From the NCBI GenBank assembly GCA_050084515.1, contig CM114271.1, positions 7,750,001-7,814,000 on the forward strand: a DNA stretch of 64,000 nt, given 5' to 3'. Numbering within the stretch: the first letter of the stretch is position 1; each line of letters starts with the position of its first letter. This document shows positions 50,886-63,274 of the stretch, in pieces. The DNA comes from Blasia pusilla. Taxonomy: Eukaryota. The position numbers and the translations under genes were made by a program. The notes beneath the pieces were generated by a model. It saw only the letters and a list, made by a program, of their open reading frames with translations, did no database searches and was not told where the DNA came from.

Positions 50886-53048
50886 TGTGCGCCCCTTCAT
50901 AAGTGGCTCCCATGTGTGTTAGATACTTTTGGGACTCTAGTTAGGTGAGTAGAAGGAGCTAGAACAACAATATGCAATTTAAATGGGATCATTGGTGCTA
51001 TTTGGACCAAGATGGTGGCAGCTCACAAATCAGATTGGGACAGGAAATTAGCTTCAGCTGTCCATGCTAACAACACAGCTAAGAAGAGTACCACAGGGAA
51101 AAGTCCCTACTTCTTGGTGTATGGGCAGAACCCTCTCTCAGTAGTAGAGTTGGGGTTGAAGACTGATCATACTCTAGAAGGGCACTTCCAACCTGAAGGT
51201 GGCATAGATAGCAGGCTGGATATGATTGATGCCCTAGAGGAGGAGAAAAAGGCAGCATTAGAGAAGACCAAGGTCGTTCAGCAACAAAGGAAGATGAGGT
51301 TTGATAACCGAATACAGCATGACCCAGTGAAGGAGGGGGACATGGTGCTGATGTATGATAGTCGACCCCAAAAGTTTTCAGGAAAGCTGCACATTCGACT
51401 GCTTGGGCCTTATCAAGTGAAGAGCATCCAGGGGAGTGATGAGATCAGGTGAAGAGCATCCAAGGGAGTGATGAGATCAGGTGAAGAGCATCCAAGGGAG
51501 TGATGAGATCAGGTGAAGAGCATCCAGGGGAGTGATAAGAGCAGGTGAAGAGCATCCAGGGGAGTGATGAGAGCAGGTGAAGAGCATCCAGGGGAGTGAT
51601 GAGAGCACGTGAAGAGCATCCAAGGGAGTGATGAGATCAGGTGAAGAGCATCCAGGGGAGTGATGAGATCAGGTGAAGAGCATCCAAGGGAGTGATGAGA
51701 TCAGGTGGAGCTGAAGAGCATCCAAGGAAAGCTCCAACAAGCTTGAGAAGAAGCAAGCATGGGAAGAATGTAAAGGTAGGTCTTACCTTCAAACATGTCC
51801 AAGAGACAAGTCGAGCCTATGCCATCAATGCTGCTCAAGAGACTTTAGTTAGGACAGGTTCAGAAGTAGATGAGGTAGAAATTTCAGGCAGTAGATGCCT
51901 TGGAGTAGATGCTTAGGGGGAGGTAGATTTGTAGGAAGGTAGGAACCCAGAATGCCAGAGAAGCCCAAGTGGGAAGAGGGCTCTTCGCTTCACTTATAAA
52001 TACTCTGTTGGGTTTGGTTGAAGGCGGGCATATACATGTTGTTGGCTAGTAGACACTCGATCTCTTGAGCCAAGCTAACCAGCAGAGTTATGTGCTCCCA
52101 GATCTAGGTAGTGTGTAGTGTGCTTGAAGGGGGCTGAGACTAAGAAGGTCTTCCATGTACTCGATGATTTTGTGATACAAAGAAGGTAGCCCTGTGAAAT
52201 GAGTTCACTCCATTGCCCTGTATCTGAGTATGTGCATGATTGAGTGATGAGTTGGGGGGGGCTTGATGAAGGGAGATTCTTGGAGCTGATTCAACTAATC
52301 ATTCACAAGTGTAGTGAGTGGACAAGAGGCTGTACCAGTAGAGGGGAGGCAAGCTTGGGTTCCAGGATTTTGCTCCACCAAGGTGTGCTTGGAAAGCTTG
52401 CTGTTCTGCCCACCTAAGCTTGGCCTTTGACACTAATCACTGATTACTTCCAGGGTGTGACAACCTGGACTTCCAGGTCTGGTAAGTGATAAGAGTTAGT
52501 GAGTGGAGAGAGAGAGAGAGGGTCATGCTTGAGCTCCCCTATAGGTAGAAGACCATGGGCTCAGCCTGTTAAGTCTCCTACTACCTGAACAAGAAGGGAG
52601 AACAAAGGATCAGCAAGGTAAGAGGAGAAGAAGAGGGTGATTGCACTACCTGATCGGTTAGGAGTTGGGTGTACTTTAGAGGATATCCTTGATACATTCA
52701 ACTCATCCAAGACAGCACATTGGAGGACCTTATGCTGCCCTGGTCATTCTTGACTGAGATTTCTAAGTAGAGTGTGCTTGTTGGGTTCCACTGGCAACTC
52801 CACTCAAAGCACTCAAGAGAAAGGAAGGAGTTTTGGTTAGTAGGGTGAGGATAGGATTGTGATATTGAAGTGGAGAGAGTTTCTCCAGCCTATTAAGGTA
52901 AAGAGGTGGGGTTTACAGTTGTTAAGGAGTACATCTTGTAGATCTGATCTTCTATTCTGGCCCTAAGCTCTTACATGGGACCGAACTGATGGAACTAGCA
53001 ACATTTTCACATGGGTTGTGTGCTGGCCATGTATTACCTGGTGAGACA
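50886..53048 (+). mobile_element. Solo-LTR-like insertion (2163 bp) containing an integrase C-terminal remnant
   Basis: TG...CA termini with 5-bp TSD GAGGC (50881-50885 and 53049-53053). TATA-like CTTATAAATA near 51993. Integrase tail DWDRKL...TGKSPYFLVYG...GKLHIRLLGPY at 51012-51415. Confidence 0.85.
51417..51704. repeat. Nine tandem 32-bp repeats
   Basis: GTGAAGAGCATCCARGGGAGTGATGAGAKCAG at a 32-bp period from 51417, with no spacers. Confidence 0.95.
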
Positions 53049-53812
53049 GAGGCCATTGCAAAACAAAGGGAAGTCTATATAACAAGTCACAAAGCCAAGG
53101 ATGATGCGCCCTTGTTGGTAGAAGATGTGACCCTATGTAAGGAAACCCGTCTCCTTGTGCGCATGCACAAAAAAAAAATTGAACCAAGCGACATACTCAT
53201 CCATCAATGTGAATTTCACTAAGAATCCGAAAAAGTTATGGATGGAAGTGCAGGAATTGAGCAAGGCCAGGGAAAAAAAGTGACGTAAAGGCCCTGAAGA
53301 AAAATGATGGTGGAATAGTGACCATGGCTAAACAGATCCCACATGTGTTGGAAGACCATTACAAGGAGTTAGGCAGGAAGCCCCCTCAGACATCCCTTGA
53401 AGAGAAGAACTTCGAGAGGGTGCAGGAGGATTTTGTTAAGATACAACGGGAGAAGGTAGATGATGACGCTGAGTTGGGCAACCCATTTAACCATTAGTTC
53501 TCCCTGTCTGAGGTGGGAGAAGCCGTCAAAGAACTTGTGAACCACAAAGCAGTCGATGGTGATGAGCTTGTAAATTAGCTCGATGGTGATGAGCTTGTAA
53601 ATTATTGAAGTATTCTGATGTTGGTATGACTCGTTCTCTAGTGAGTCTCTTCAACTAGGTCTCGCGCGCAGAAGTCATCCCACAAAGATGGCCGGTGGGA
53701 GTCATCGTGAACCTCTTCAAGACATGTGAGCGAGAAGACCTTGGAAAGTACACGGGTATTATATTGCTGAGTGTAGTCGGGAAGCTCCTCTTCCGTAAAC
53801 TCAACAAGAAGA

Positions 53813-54633
53813 TGTCGTGCGCATACATATCGCTACACAACATACATCGCTGGTCACATCTACACCACACAACACCGATCTTCCCCACACACGGGTCGAT
53901 CCACACATGTACAAAAATCAACTCATACATATACAAGGAGATTACACAAAAAAAATAAAGAGTAGTAAAAACGGCACACCCGACCTAAAACTCCACTCCT
54001 CAATCTACATCAGCATATCGAGCCTCGTCCACCCTGTGCTATCAAGGAATATGGACGCTAGCACCCTATTCCTATCTCACACACATACAAGGAAGGTGCT
54101 CCAATGGCCCAAAATGAGAAAGATGGTTTTGGAAAGCCATCTTCCTCTCTTATATAAGGTTGGGAAGAGCCAAAAGGCTCTTCCCCTAAAAATTGCCCTC
54201 CCCTGGGTAACGTGCGCGCACAGTTTACCAGGGGTGGATGACCTGGTCAACAAGTCAACAAGTGGTAGAGAGGGGGCGCCCATCGCCGCCCGTCCGCGCC
54301 TGCCGACCTAAACGCCCGTCAGCGTCCCCGGCGGCTGCAAGCCCTAACTCTCTTTTCTTCTCTCTCTCGACACCCTGACTCGCGTACACCTGACGCCCAC
54401 TCCGTATTACACTCTGTTGTTGTCCCCAATCCCTGTGCACCAACAAAATCTGAGAAAAACGGACAGCACTTGTGCCCAGGGCCTTCCGAACAGAAAAATG
54501 ACAAATATGACGCCAACCAATGCTTCCACTTTGAGACATTTTGCTCCACTCCAGAGTCCACAGGACCAACATGAAGCTTGGGGACTAATCCAGATTGGCC
54601 AGTTCTTGCTCAATTTCCAGTATGCACGAGACA
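53813..54633. mobile_element. LTR-like sequence (probable solo LTR, no TSD)
   Basis: TGTCGTGCGCATA...TATGCACGAGACA with imperfect terminal inverted repeat. The first ~36 bp recur at 63275. Confidence 0.6.
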
Positions 54634-55659
54634 TTTCAACTTAGAAACATTTATAATTGACCCTGTATCCAATGCACGAAGATTTCCAAAATGCGTTTTG
54701 CAAGAGTTTTGCAATTTCAATCAGCAGGAGAAGTACGCAGAGTAAGAAGCTCATCAACATTAACCATAGAGAGGCCAAAAAATAGTTAAGGGTCGGGATC
54801 TCTTGCAATAAATCTTGAGAAAACCTCCCAAAAACAAAATAAGTGTTGTTTATTCTTCTGCTCATGACTTCTGAATTCCACCTTTTGCCCCTCCCATGAC
54901 CCTTAGGAACCACCAACTTGCCAGAAACTCACTTCATTCAGTCGGATTCAACTCAGCTGTTTGTCAAATGATTGGTGGTTTGCTGTCTTCAAGCCTATGA
55001 GAAATCTGAATAAGGCAACCTGATTGACTATTAGGTGCAGAACCATGAGACTGCTTGCCAGAGCAGAGGCAGCTGAGAACACAAACTTCACTGCAATAGG
55101 TGCTTTCCACCGACTAAGCAGGCCATCTACAATGAGAGAGAATGGAACATCATGAATGACGTACATTGGGAAAGCGGACTCAGCCCACAACCATGGAGGT
55201 GCCTTGTTTGAGAGAGCTTGTCGAACAAACAAGAGGAGCGAACATATGATGTTTCTAGTTGCAAGAGCAGATAGGATTCTTTGGGCCATACTAGGGAGTT
55301 GGAAGGATTCTAGCAACACAGAAGGAATCAGGTACAAAATACATGAGATGGTCCTAAGCGCTGGATTGAATCCGCATCGAGAATGGATGATCCAAATTGA
55401 GCCAGACAGAAACTAGTCACAAAGAAAATGGAAAAGAAAAAAAATTGGTCCCGTCGTCCACCAAGTTTTGATATCCTAGCCACCAATCACGCAATGTCAC
55501 TTGAATTACTATCAGTTCGATCATTGGAGCATTGGCTAGCACCCATCCCCATCTCTGTTAATGGATTCCATCTTGCAAAGAACCCAAAACCGTGGGAAGT
55601 AAAGAAGTGCAAGGAAATGAAAGCGAATCCCTTTAAAGCATCAACTCCAGAATGTTAGG

Positions 55660-56208
55660 TGAACAGCTTGGACACCACAATAAGCAAACGTGTACTCCTG
55701 CCACTTGGGAGTATACATTTGCTTATTGTGGGGATTCCTTTGATGGGGATGAAACTATGATACACTTGCAACTCCTGTGAGAGAGATTTCGATGATACGA
55801 GAGAGTGATTCCAAAAAATCTAGTGACAATAAATATAGAGAGCTATGCAGACTCTAAAAGGGCTCCATGAGTAAGTGAATGGGGCTGCAAGGCATAGCCC
55901 GGGCATGAAAACCATGAAACCCTTATATCATTGAGGGTCCATTTCCTATTGAGAAAGTAGGACCTTTTCCGCTCCACAACCACATCCGAAAACGAAATGT
56001 TGTGAGGCTGGAAATCCTGGGCCTTTATCGTCGCCTCCTCCAACAGCGAAACCGGCCCCAATCCATACAGTTTCATCCCCATCTTCAGCTAGAGTTTTGC
56101 AGGATTCAGGTACAACAACGACATTTCGACAAGCGCATCCCTCATGAGCCTTTCAATTCCCCTCTTGCGCGATAAACCCCGGCTACAGTACGCCCTTAAT
56201 GGAGGCAT
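55660..56208 (-). pseudogene. Acyl-lipid (delta-7/delta-9) desaturase ADS/FAD5-like pseudogene, first-exon fragment
   Basis: ISFSDVVVERKRSYFLNRKWTLND, GLCLAAPFTYSW, GITLSYHRNLSHRS (His box 1), PKWQEYTFAYCGVQAV. It has an in-frame stop, frameshifts and an insertion of ~50 bp; later exons were not found. Confidence 0.85.
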
Positions 56209-57484
56209 CCCAATCCTACTCCAAACAGTAGAAAATTCACTTTCCTTAAGCAACGACTAGAAATCAATCAGCCATGGGAAATGAAGACATTCATCAGGCG
56301 AGTGAGTGCGGCAACCAATGCCACCGCGAAAAATCCCAAGTGCACGATTACTTCCTTTTCCATACTTTTCTCATTGATTCCTCAATTTCCACCGCTCCCG
56401 CTGCTGCTCTCACTCTTGTGCAAGCATACACACATATTGACAATTGCAAGCAAGTGGGACATGGTTTGATGTTTGAGTTTTATACATGAGATTGACCTCT
56501 TGTTGTAGTGTTAAGTGTTGAGCACGCGTTACTACCCTTGAAGGTGAACGGTGCAAAAATTACCCCATCTAAGGAGGCAGTATTGACACTTTGGCGGTAC
56601 AAAAATCACTTGTAAAAGCACAAAGAATTTTTGCTTGCAGCGCACGATAAAAAAAATGAGAGAAACCGTAGAGGAATAGTTGCACATAAATAAAGATCGA
56701 GTCCTATAGGGGAAGCGGATTAGAATCACGCGATAGACAGGGATGGTGCTTACATTGCCTTTGCTTACATGTCAACCAAAATGGGCTCCTGATCTTGACG
56801 GACTCGAACATCATCAAGACAAACACCCTAACCTCATAGCGAGTTGCACACAAGTCTCGTGCTGCCTCATCGTCGTGCAAAACCAACGCCAATTTCCCAT
56901 GCGAACTTCAAATCTTTGCCCGATAGTTTTAGCCCTCCTTTGTACGATACTCGCTCAATTTGCGTTGCTTCCGGCGTTAAGTGTAAACTTGCCCTAAATC
57001 GCGACCCCTTCCATCTTCGTTGCCGCTCTACCTTCTTGGTCGCGCCTTTTTTCTCATGCCTTGGCCTCACCTTGTTCATGCACCATTTTAATTAGGTGGA
57101 CTTTGCTCTCGCCATCTTAGATAAATTAAGTGTCGATTTTTTTAATTATTTTTTAAGTTAATTTAAAACTTAAAAACACCATTAGGATAATATTCTATAA
57201 TATTCTATTATTTTGAATATTCTACTTACACATGTACCAATAAGGGATTGCCACATGTATACCTTCATTTCAAGGACAAATAATCTCTAACTTCCATGCA
57301 CATCTTCCATGAATGGGAGCTTGAATAACATTGGCCTATATTTCTTATAAATGAATTTCCTTAAAAAGAATATCCCTATATTCCTCCCACAAAAATTCCT
57401 AAGTTTTCTCTGATATGGAATAAAACAACTCTATACTTTGTCGTACGTGATGGATCACTTCCGTGGAAGTGAGGCCCACGAGGT

Positions 57485-58396
57485 TGCTAGTACTTTATGT
57501 CATTTATTGATGACTTCTCTAGGTATATATGGGTATACTTTCTAAAAGCCAAGTTAGAGGTAGTCTTAGTGTTCCAAATATTCAGAGTTCCAGTAGACAA
57601 GCACATTGAAGAACACATTCTGAAATTGCTTTGTGATGGAGGAGGAGAGCATCTTTCAATAGAGTTTGATGACTACTTACATTACAATGTCATCCAACGT
57701 CACGTGACTTGCCGTTACACTCCATAACAAAATGGATTGGCTGAGAGGAAGAATCGACATATTGCTGAGGCGGCATGAGCTATGCTCAATGAGAAGAACA
57801 TGCCTAAGGTATATTGGATAGAAGTTGTGTGCGTAGTCTTCTTAATCAACCAAACTCCTACAACAAAAGTTCATGATAAGACTCCATTTGAAGTCTTCAC
57901 ACGAAGTTAACTTGATTTTTCCTTCTTGAAAGTATTTGGTTGTATTTGATATCCTCATGTTCCTTCTCAAAGCCATTAGAAATTAGACCTCAAATCTGAA
58001 AGATGTATATTTATTGGCGACGCCAATGGAACTTAGGGGTATAAGTGCTATATTCCATCCTTTAAGCAGCTTATTATTAGTCATATGGTTATTCATTTAC
58101 TTTAGGAAGCGCAATTCTAAGTTTGGCTTCAAAGAAGCAACCTATAATTGCTTTATCTTCAATAGAGGCTGAGACGATAGGAGCAACCAATGCAACGTGT
58201 GAGGCGGTGTGGCTTCATCGATTACTTATTGAGATTAAGGTTAGTAACTTATGACCTAGTATAATATATGCAGACAATATTAGTAGCATCAAGCTTGCTA
58301 ATAATCATATGTTTCATGCTTGTACAAAACATGTTGAGGTGCACTATCATTTTATCAGAGAGAAACTGCTTGCAAGAGAACTTGATCTTGTGTATC
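57485..58396 (+). mobile_element. Ty1/copia remnant: integrase joined to RNase H (RT deleted)
   Basis: FIDDFSRYIWVYFLK, CDGGGE, QNGLAERKNR, then SKKQPIIALSSIEAE, ADNISSI and FHACTKHVEVHYHFIRE. Confidence 0.88.
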
Positions 58397-58419
58397 TTGG
58401 GTTTCCTTGGAGTCGTGTT

Positions 58420-59220
58420 CCACTGCTGAAAAATTTTACCCTAGACAAGGTGGCCACGCGAAAAGATGACAATGAGGCAGTGGCCAATTTTTATAGGAAA
58501 TGATCATCACTCGGTATGGCTTCCCATTGGAATTAGTAAGTGATCGTGGCACTCACTTCTTGAACAAGACTATTGAGTCTTTAACTTCCCACTTCTTAAT
58601 CAAGCATCGGAAGAGCACGCCGTACAACCCTACAGCCAGTGGGTTAACCGAAAAATCTAACGGACTGAATAGCCGGATACTAAATCGCTTGACGGTTACA
58701 TATTCCAATGATTGGGACGTGAAAATCTCAACGGAATTATGGGCCTACCGAACAACAAAGAAGGTTACTACCAAGTATACCTCCATCTATCTTACTTATA
58801 GAGTTCAACCTTTGACCCCTATTGAATGGGATTTGCCCACTTATCGCGTATTGGAGGGAAATAGAATGGAGGATGCCACATGAATTCTCCAGGCAAGAAA
58901 TGAGACCTTAGTAGTCTTGGAGGAAGCACGGGTCTTATCTCTATGCCAGACCAAACGCGTACAAGACGAACGGAAGGAACGATACGATCGACATCTACGG
59001 CCATAATCTATAAGCATCGGGGACCTGGTGTTGTTGTATGATAACCGCCGACTGAAGTTCCCCGGGAAGCTATAATTAAAGTGGTGGGATCCTACCGAGT
59101 GATCGCGATATATGATAATGGATCACTGCACTTGGAAAACTTGACCGTAGAAGCATTACCCACTCATGTCAATGGCATGCATGTTCGAAGATATCATGAG
59201 ATGCAACCATACCCTAACTA
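58420..59220 (+). mobile_element. Ty3/gypsy (non-chromovirus-like) integrase 3' fragment nested in the copia RNase H
   Basis: IITRYGFPLELVSDRGTHF, STPYNPTASGLTEKSN, LWAYRT, KFPGKL and HVNGMHVRRY. Confidence 0.88.
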
Positions 59221-59454
59221 AAAGCTGAGGGAGGGGGAAAACACCGCATTGTGGTAACACGCAGGTCATAAGAGAAGAAGGCGCTTCGGTCTTATGCGAA
59301 GCCCGAAGATGAGGATGCAGTCTCTAACCGTTGGGGCAGGGTAGTTACACCCAGACCACCATAACCAAGACACCGTTCAGGTTTTTGCCCACATAAAAGC
59401 CTTGGCCTACTACCCGGGTGGTTATTTTCATGGCCGGAGTAACCACATTATCTA

Positions 59455-60770
59455 CCCCGGCAGCGGCGCCAAAAATTTGTAGCTATATGTAATGTACAAG
59501 AAGTATAAGAATTGATCTTTTTATAGTAATTTAATGAGTTCAATCCCCAAAAGGTCCACAATTATGTGAAAAGAGAGTTCAAGATGGCATTTATCTTGCA
59601 ATGGTTGTAGTTAAGTGTGTACAATTCGAATTCAATCACTTATCAGTGTATTCTTCTCTCCCTTAGTACCAAGATTTCTTTCCTTGATTCTCTTTAGTGG
59701 AATTGAATTCACGCTCTGGTAAATCTTCACTCAACATCAAAGAACCTCACAGAGACCTCAAGAAGAAGTTGGCTTCTCCTACTTTCGAAACTCAATCCGT
59801 CTAGGCATGCTACTCTCTGTCAAACATATTTCTTACTTATCAATGTTGATTATTCTCATGATGAAAGGGTTCTCCCGATTCACTCTTTACTCTCCAGACC
59901 CAAAAAGCATTCTCAGACATATGCATCGCATATCAAAATGAAGAAATGAGTGTTTTACTACTCCATCAAGAATGAGAAAGATTCAAAGTGTATACAAGCT
60001 TGAGAGGGTACTACTCCCTTGCTCGGACCATTCCTACAACATAAGGACTTTGCGAAAGAATGATGATGATAGCTACTTTCATGCTTCTTAAATATCTTCG
60101 GAATCAGTAGTTGGTCCAAAGATCTGAAGTGTCTCTTACGAATCTAGTGTCTATTGAGAGTTTGTAACTACCTTGATCTAAGATTCTCTTATCTTTTCCT
60201 ATGATCATTATGTATCCGCTCGGCGTAACTGTCCTAACTTCTTATCCGGTCCAAAAAGTTGCGCCTATTCCTAGTCTAACTGTTCTAACAGTGTGCTGCT
60301 TGAAATCACTTCAAGTCTTAGCTTCGCTTGGCTGCAAAGTCTAGACTTCTTCTTCTTCCCTTGAGGACGAAGCTCTTTCTAAGGACGAAGTGCTGCATTC
60401 TTCGCTCTTGTTCCATGTGCTTCGCTTAAGAGCGAAGTACTTCTCCCTCTTCTTCTTCATCGTGCTTCGTTCAAGAGCAAAGCACTTCATAAACAAGTTC
60501 TTAATAAGGCTTCCTTGTGTTTTCCAAGCTTCGCTCTTAGTCTTTAGACTTTGTTACCATATTTCCCTCTCCTCTAAGGCAAATCCTTGATCTTTCATCT
60601 CTTTGCCTTGTCCTAGGAGCTTCGTGATCCATTTCAATATTACTCATTCTCCCAATACATAAATATAATATATGAAACAGTCTTGTATATACAACCTTTA
60701 CTTCATAGAGTCTTCATTCCTTGAATCAAAATGTATACATCTCTAATAGTACAAAATTGTGGGTATCACA
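59455..60770 (-). mobile_element. Athila-like LTR (copy 2, 60770-59478) with primer-binding site (59471-59455)
   Basis: The minus strand reads TGTGATACCC...AGCTACA, then AATTTT, then TGGCGCCGCTGCCGGGG, an Athila-type PBS. Homologous to 8523-9725. Confidence 0.85.
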
Positions 60771-61200
60771 GTTCAGATCAGCATATTGCTCATATTCTTA
60801 TAAAGCCATTGTCTAGAGATAAGTGTGAGATGTTTAAAAATAATTTAGGCGTTAGAGATATCGATATGAACTTGAGGGGGAGTATTGAAGACTAAGTTAC
60901 TATCAAGCTCATCAAACACTTGTATTGCTACATTTGGTACTCACACGAAGTAGGAAAACTGAATCTTGGTAAGTCAATTAAGCGCGATTATCTTAACTAG
61001 GGTTAGTTATTTACAGTTAGTCTAATCGAGTCTAAAATTAATATTAGGGTTAGGATTGCTTGTACATACCCTATATAATTGAGAAGGGGACCAGCCTCCA
61101 CTTATTCTCTCATTGCAAAATTTTGTTCTCCATGGTGGTGTGTGAGTGTGAGAGCTGTTTCTCTCCAATTATGCTTCTTTAGCAATTTTCTCAAGTCATG
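60771..61200 (+). mobile_element. Copia RNase H end, polypurine tract and start of 3' LTR
   Basis: HIAHILIKPL (ADIFTKPL-like)...LRGS; PPT GAGGGGGAG at 60874-60882; LTR from 60883, end uncertain. Confidence 0.75.
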
Positions 61201-62179
61201 AGGGTGGTGATATTGATAGAGTGTTATGGCCATCTCATCTTGTTGTGTCTTTTGAAAAGTAGGGGCACCTTCCCTTTTTGTTTGGTTTTTTTTCAGTGTG
61301 GCCTTTCAAAAAAATACTTGTAAATTCTAGTCTTAATTTTGAGCTATTCAGAGGGGGTTTTTTAGGTGTGTAGTCCTTTAGAAGGGGGATTTTGTATTGA
61401 GTATTAGAGGAACCTTCCCTTTGTGTTTAAGTTTTGAGTGTGGCGATTTTGAGGTTACTTGTAAATTCAAGTCTTTATTTTAAGACAATGAGAGGGGGGT
61501 TTTGTAGTAGTGTAGTCATTAAGAGGGGGGTTTTGTACTTAGAAGTAGAGGAACCTTCCCTTTGTGTTTCAGTACTGAGAGTGGCAATTGAAATGTACTT
61601 GGGCCTTATTTGCATGTAAGTCTCTATTTTTCATAGAAATCATCATTCACTATTCAATAAGCATTCTTTTAATGTAAGTAGATATATAGTCCATTGGAGG
61701 ATGAATGTATATACTTGGTTGCTTTGGACATGTGGCCATACTTGGATGTAAGAAGCATTTGCTACTTCTAGATTTCAATAGACAAGAAATTTTGATTGTG
61801 AAAACTGACCATATGCTACAACAGGTGTGGGTTGGTATAATGATAATGTGCATGTATGATTTCATATGATGCTGGTAACATTACGACTGTAGTTATAGCA
61901 TAATGGCTTCTCCATGCCCTTTGTTGGATCTAAGAGAAGTAGTGATAACAAGATATGTAGGAGAAGGAAACCATCAAGTCCTCTAGAGGGTAGGAAGGAG
62001 TCATTCATATCTAGTGGTAGTCATGGATACAAAATGGACTCTAAATGCCATTATAATGTACATGATTCAATCAACAATAAAGCAACCCTATCATACATAA
62101 ATGACAAACTATAGTTGATTTTGTTACTTGCAGATATATTTTGCATACGCTCTTCAGTTATGTGACAAGATTATAGAAT

Positions 62180-62573
62180 GACATGGAGAAATCATTTTAA
62201 TGACTCACAATCTTTCTTTTGTGACGCATGGAGTCATTATTTATTACTCAGAGAGTCATTCCAAGTCATTATTTATGATTAGACGAGTCAGAAAGAAAGA
62301 CTCATCCACTCATTCTTTAGGACTCGTCTAGTCATTTTTTATGACTTCATGTAGTCATAAAAAATGACTACGTGAAGTCGTATTTAGTGATTATGTTGAG
62401 TAACAAAAATGAGACTCAAATATGACTTCACTCGATTTGAGTGTAAACTTATACGACTAGGAGTAATTTTTTTTACTATAATTTGGTTAAGTAACTATAG
62501 AATCTCATAGCCTTAGTTTGAGTAATATCCAATCATTTTTTTGAGTCATCCAGAAGGGGGTTTTATAGTAGTG
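62180..62573 (+). mobile_element. CACTA/EnSpm right terminus with subterminal repeats
   Basis: Ends GGGGGTTTTATAGTAGTG (reverse complement CACTACTATAAAACCCCC). Dense TGACTC/GAGTCA repeats. Confidence 0.7.
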
Positions 62574-63274
62574 CTTCATACATGCAACGCGTAAGAATCT
62601 GAAAATGTTGCAAGAGAGGACAAGAAGAGAAACAAAAGTGAGACATGACTCATTAAGGTCAAGAAAAAAGAAAGGATTGGGATAACATAGATACTGCTTG
62701 CAACCTGTTGGAATTTGACAGGTCGCAACATATGACAACTGAAAAATTTCAAGAAACAACTTCACATCCATATGAAAAAATGATATGAAACAGACAAGTT
62801 CCATTCACACATGCAACACGTCAGAATCCTACAGATTGCAAGACATTACAACTATCTAAGAGACGTTACCAGATACACCATACAAAAACCATACATGGAA
62901 GAGCATAAAATCAAGTTTCAACATGTAAGAATCCGACAGGTTGCAAGTTGCACGTAATATGAAAAAAATACATGGATTCCAAAAACACAACTTTGAGTTT
63001 GTCGCAAAGCGACAAATCCAAAAATGCCTCACCATTCAAAATTAGAGCCAAGGAAGTCTGAGAAATAAGTCTTTTACTGAAATTTATTTGCAACTCATTT
63101 ATTTACATTGGATTTCATGAACTAAAAACTCTAGTCTATGATCTCTTCCACCTTGTCATCTAAACAAATGTTCCTAACTCTCATGGGTTCCTATACAATG
63201 GACTTTGTGAGGCTAATATGTGGCTTCTCTTGACGATAGGAGATGGGGATTAAGAAAGAAGGGGAACAAGAGAG

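Larger units (their letters stand above)
49810..53812 (+). mobile_element. LINE family A-related copy (APE endonuclease to early RT), split by a solo LTR and truncated at 53812
   Basis: LGTWNFSGL, LLGDFHSWVG and SSILDYI. Homology to 46272-47560 resumes at 53049 after the insertion. Confidence 0.85.

Noticed and set aside
51417-51704. Regular 32-bp repeats resembling a CRISPR array
   Set aside because: Repeats are head-to-tail without unique spacers, there are no cas genes, and the context is a eukaryotic LTR.
20149-62573. One giant CACTA element spanning the two CACTA termini
   Set aside because: Flanking 3-mers differ (TTT vs CTT), a further terminus occurs at 61512, and no transposase was recognised; independent remnants are more likely.
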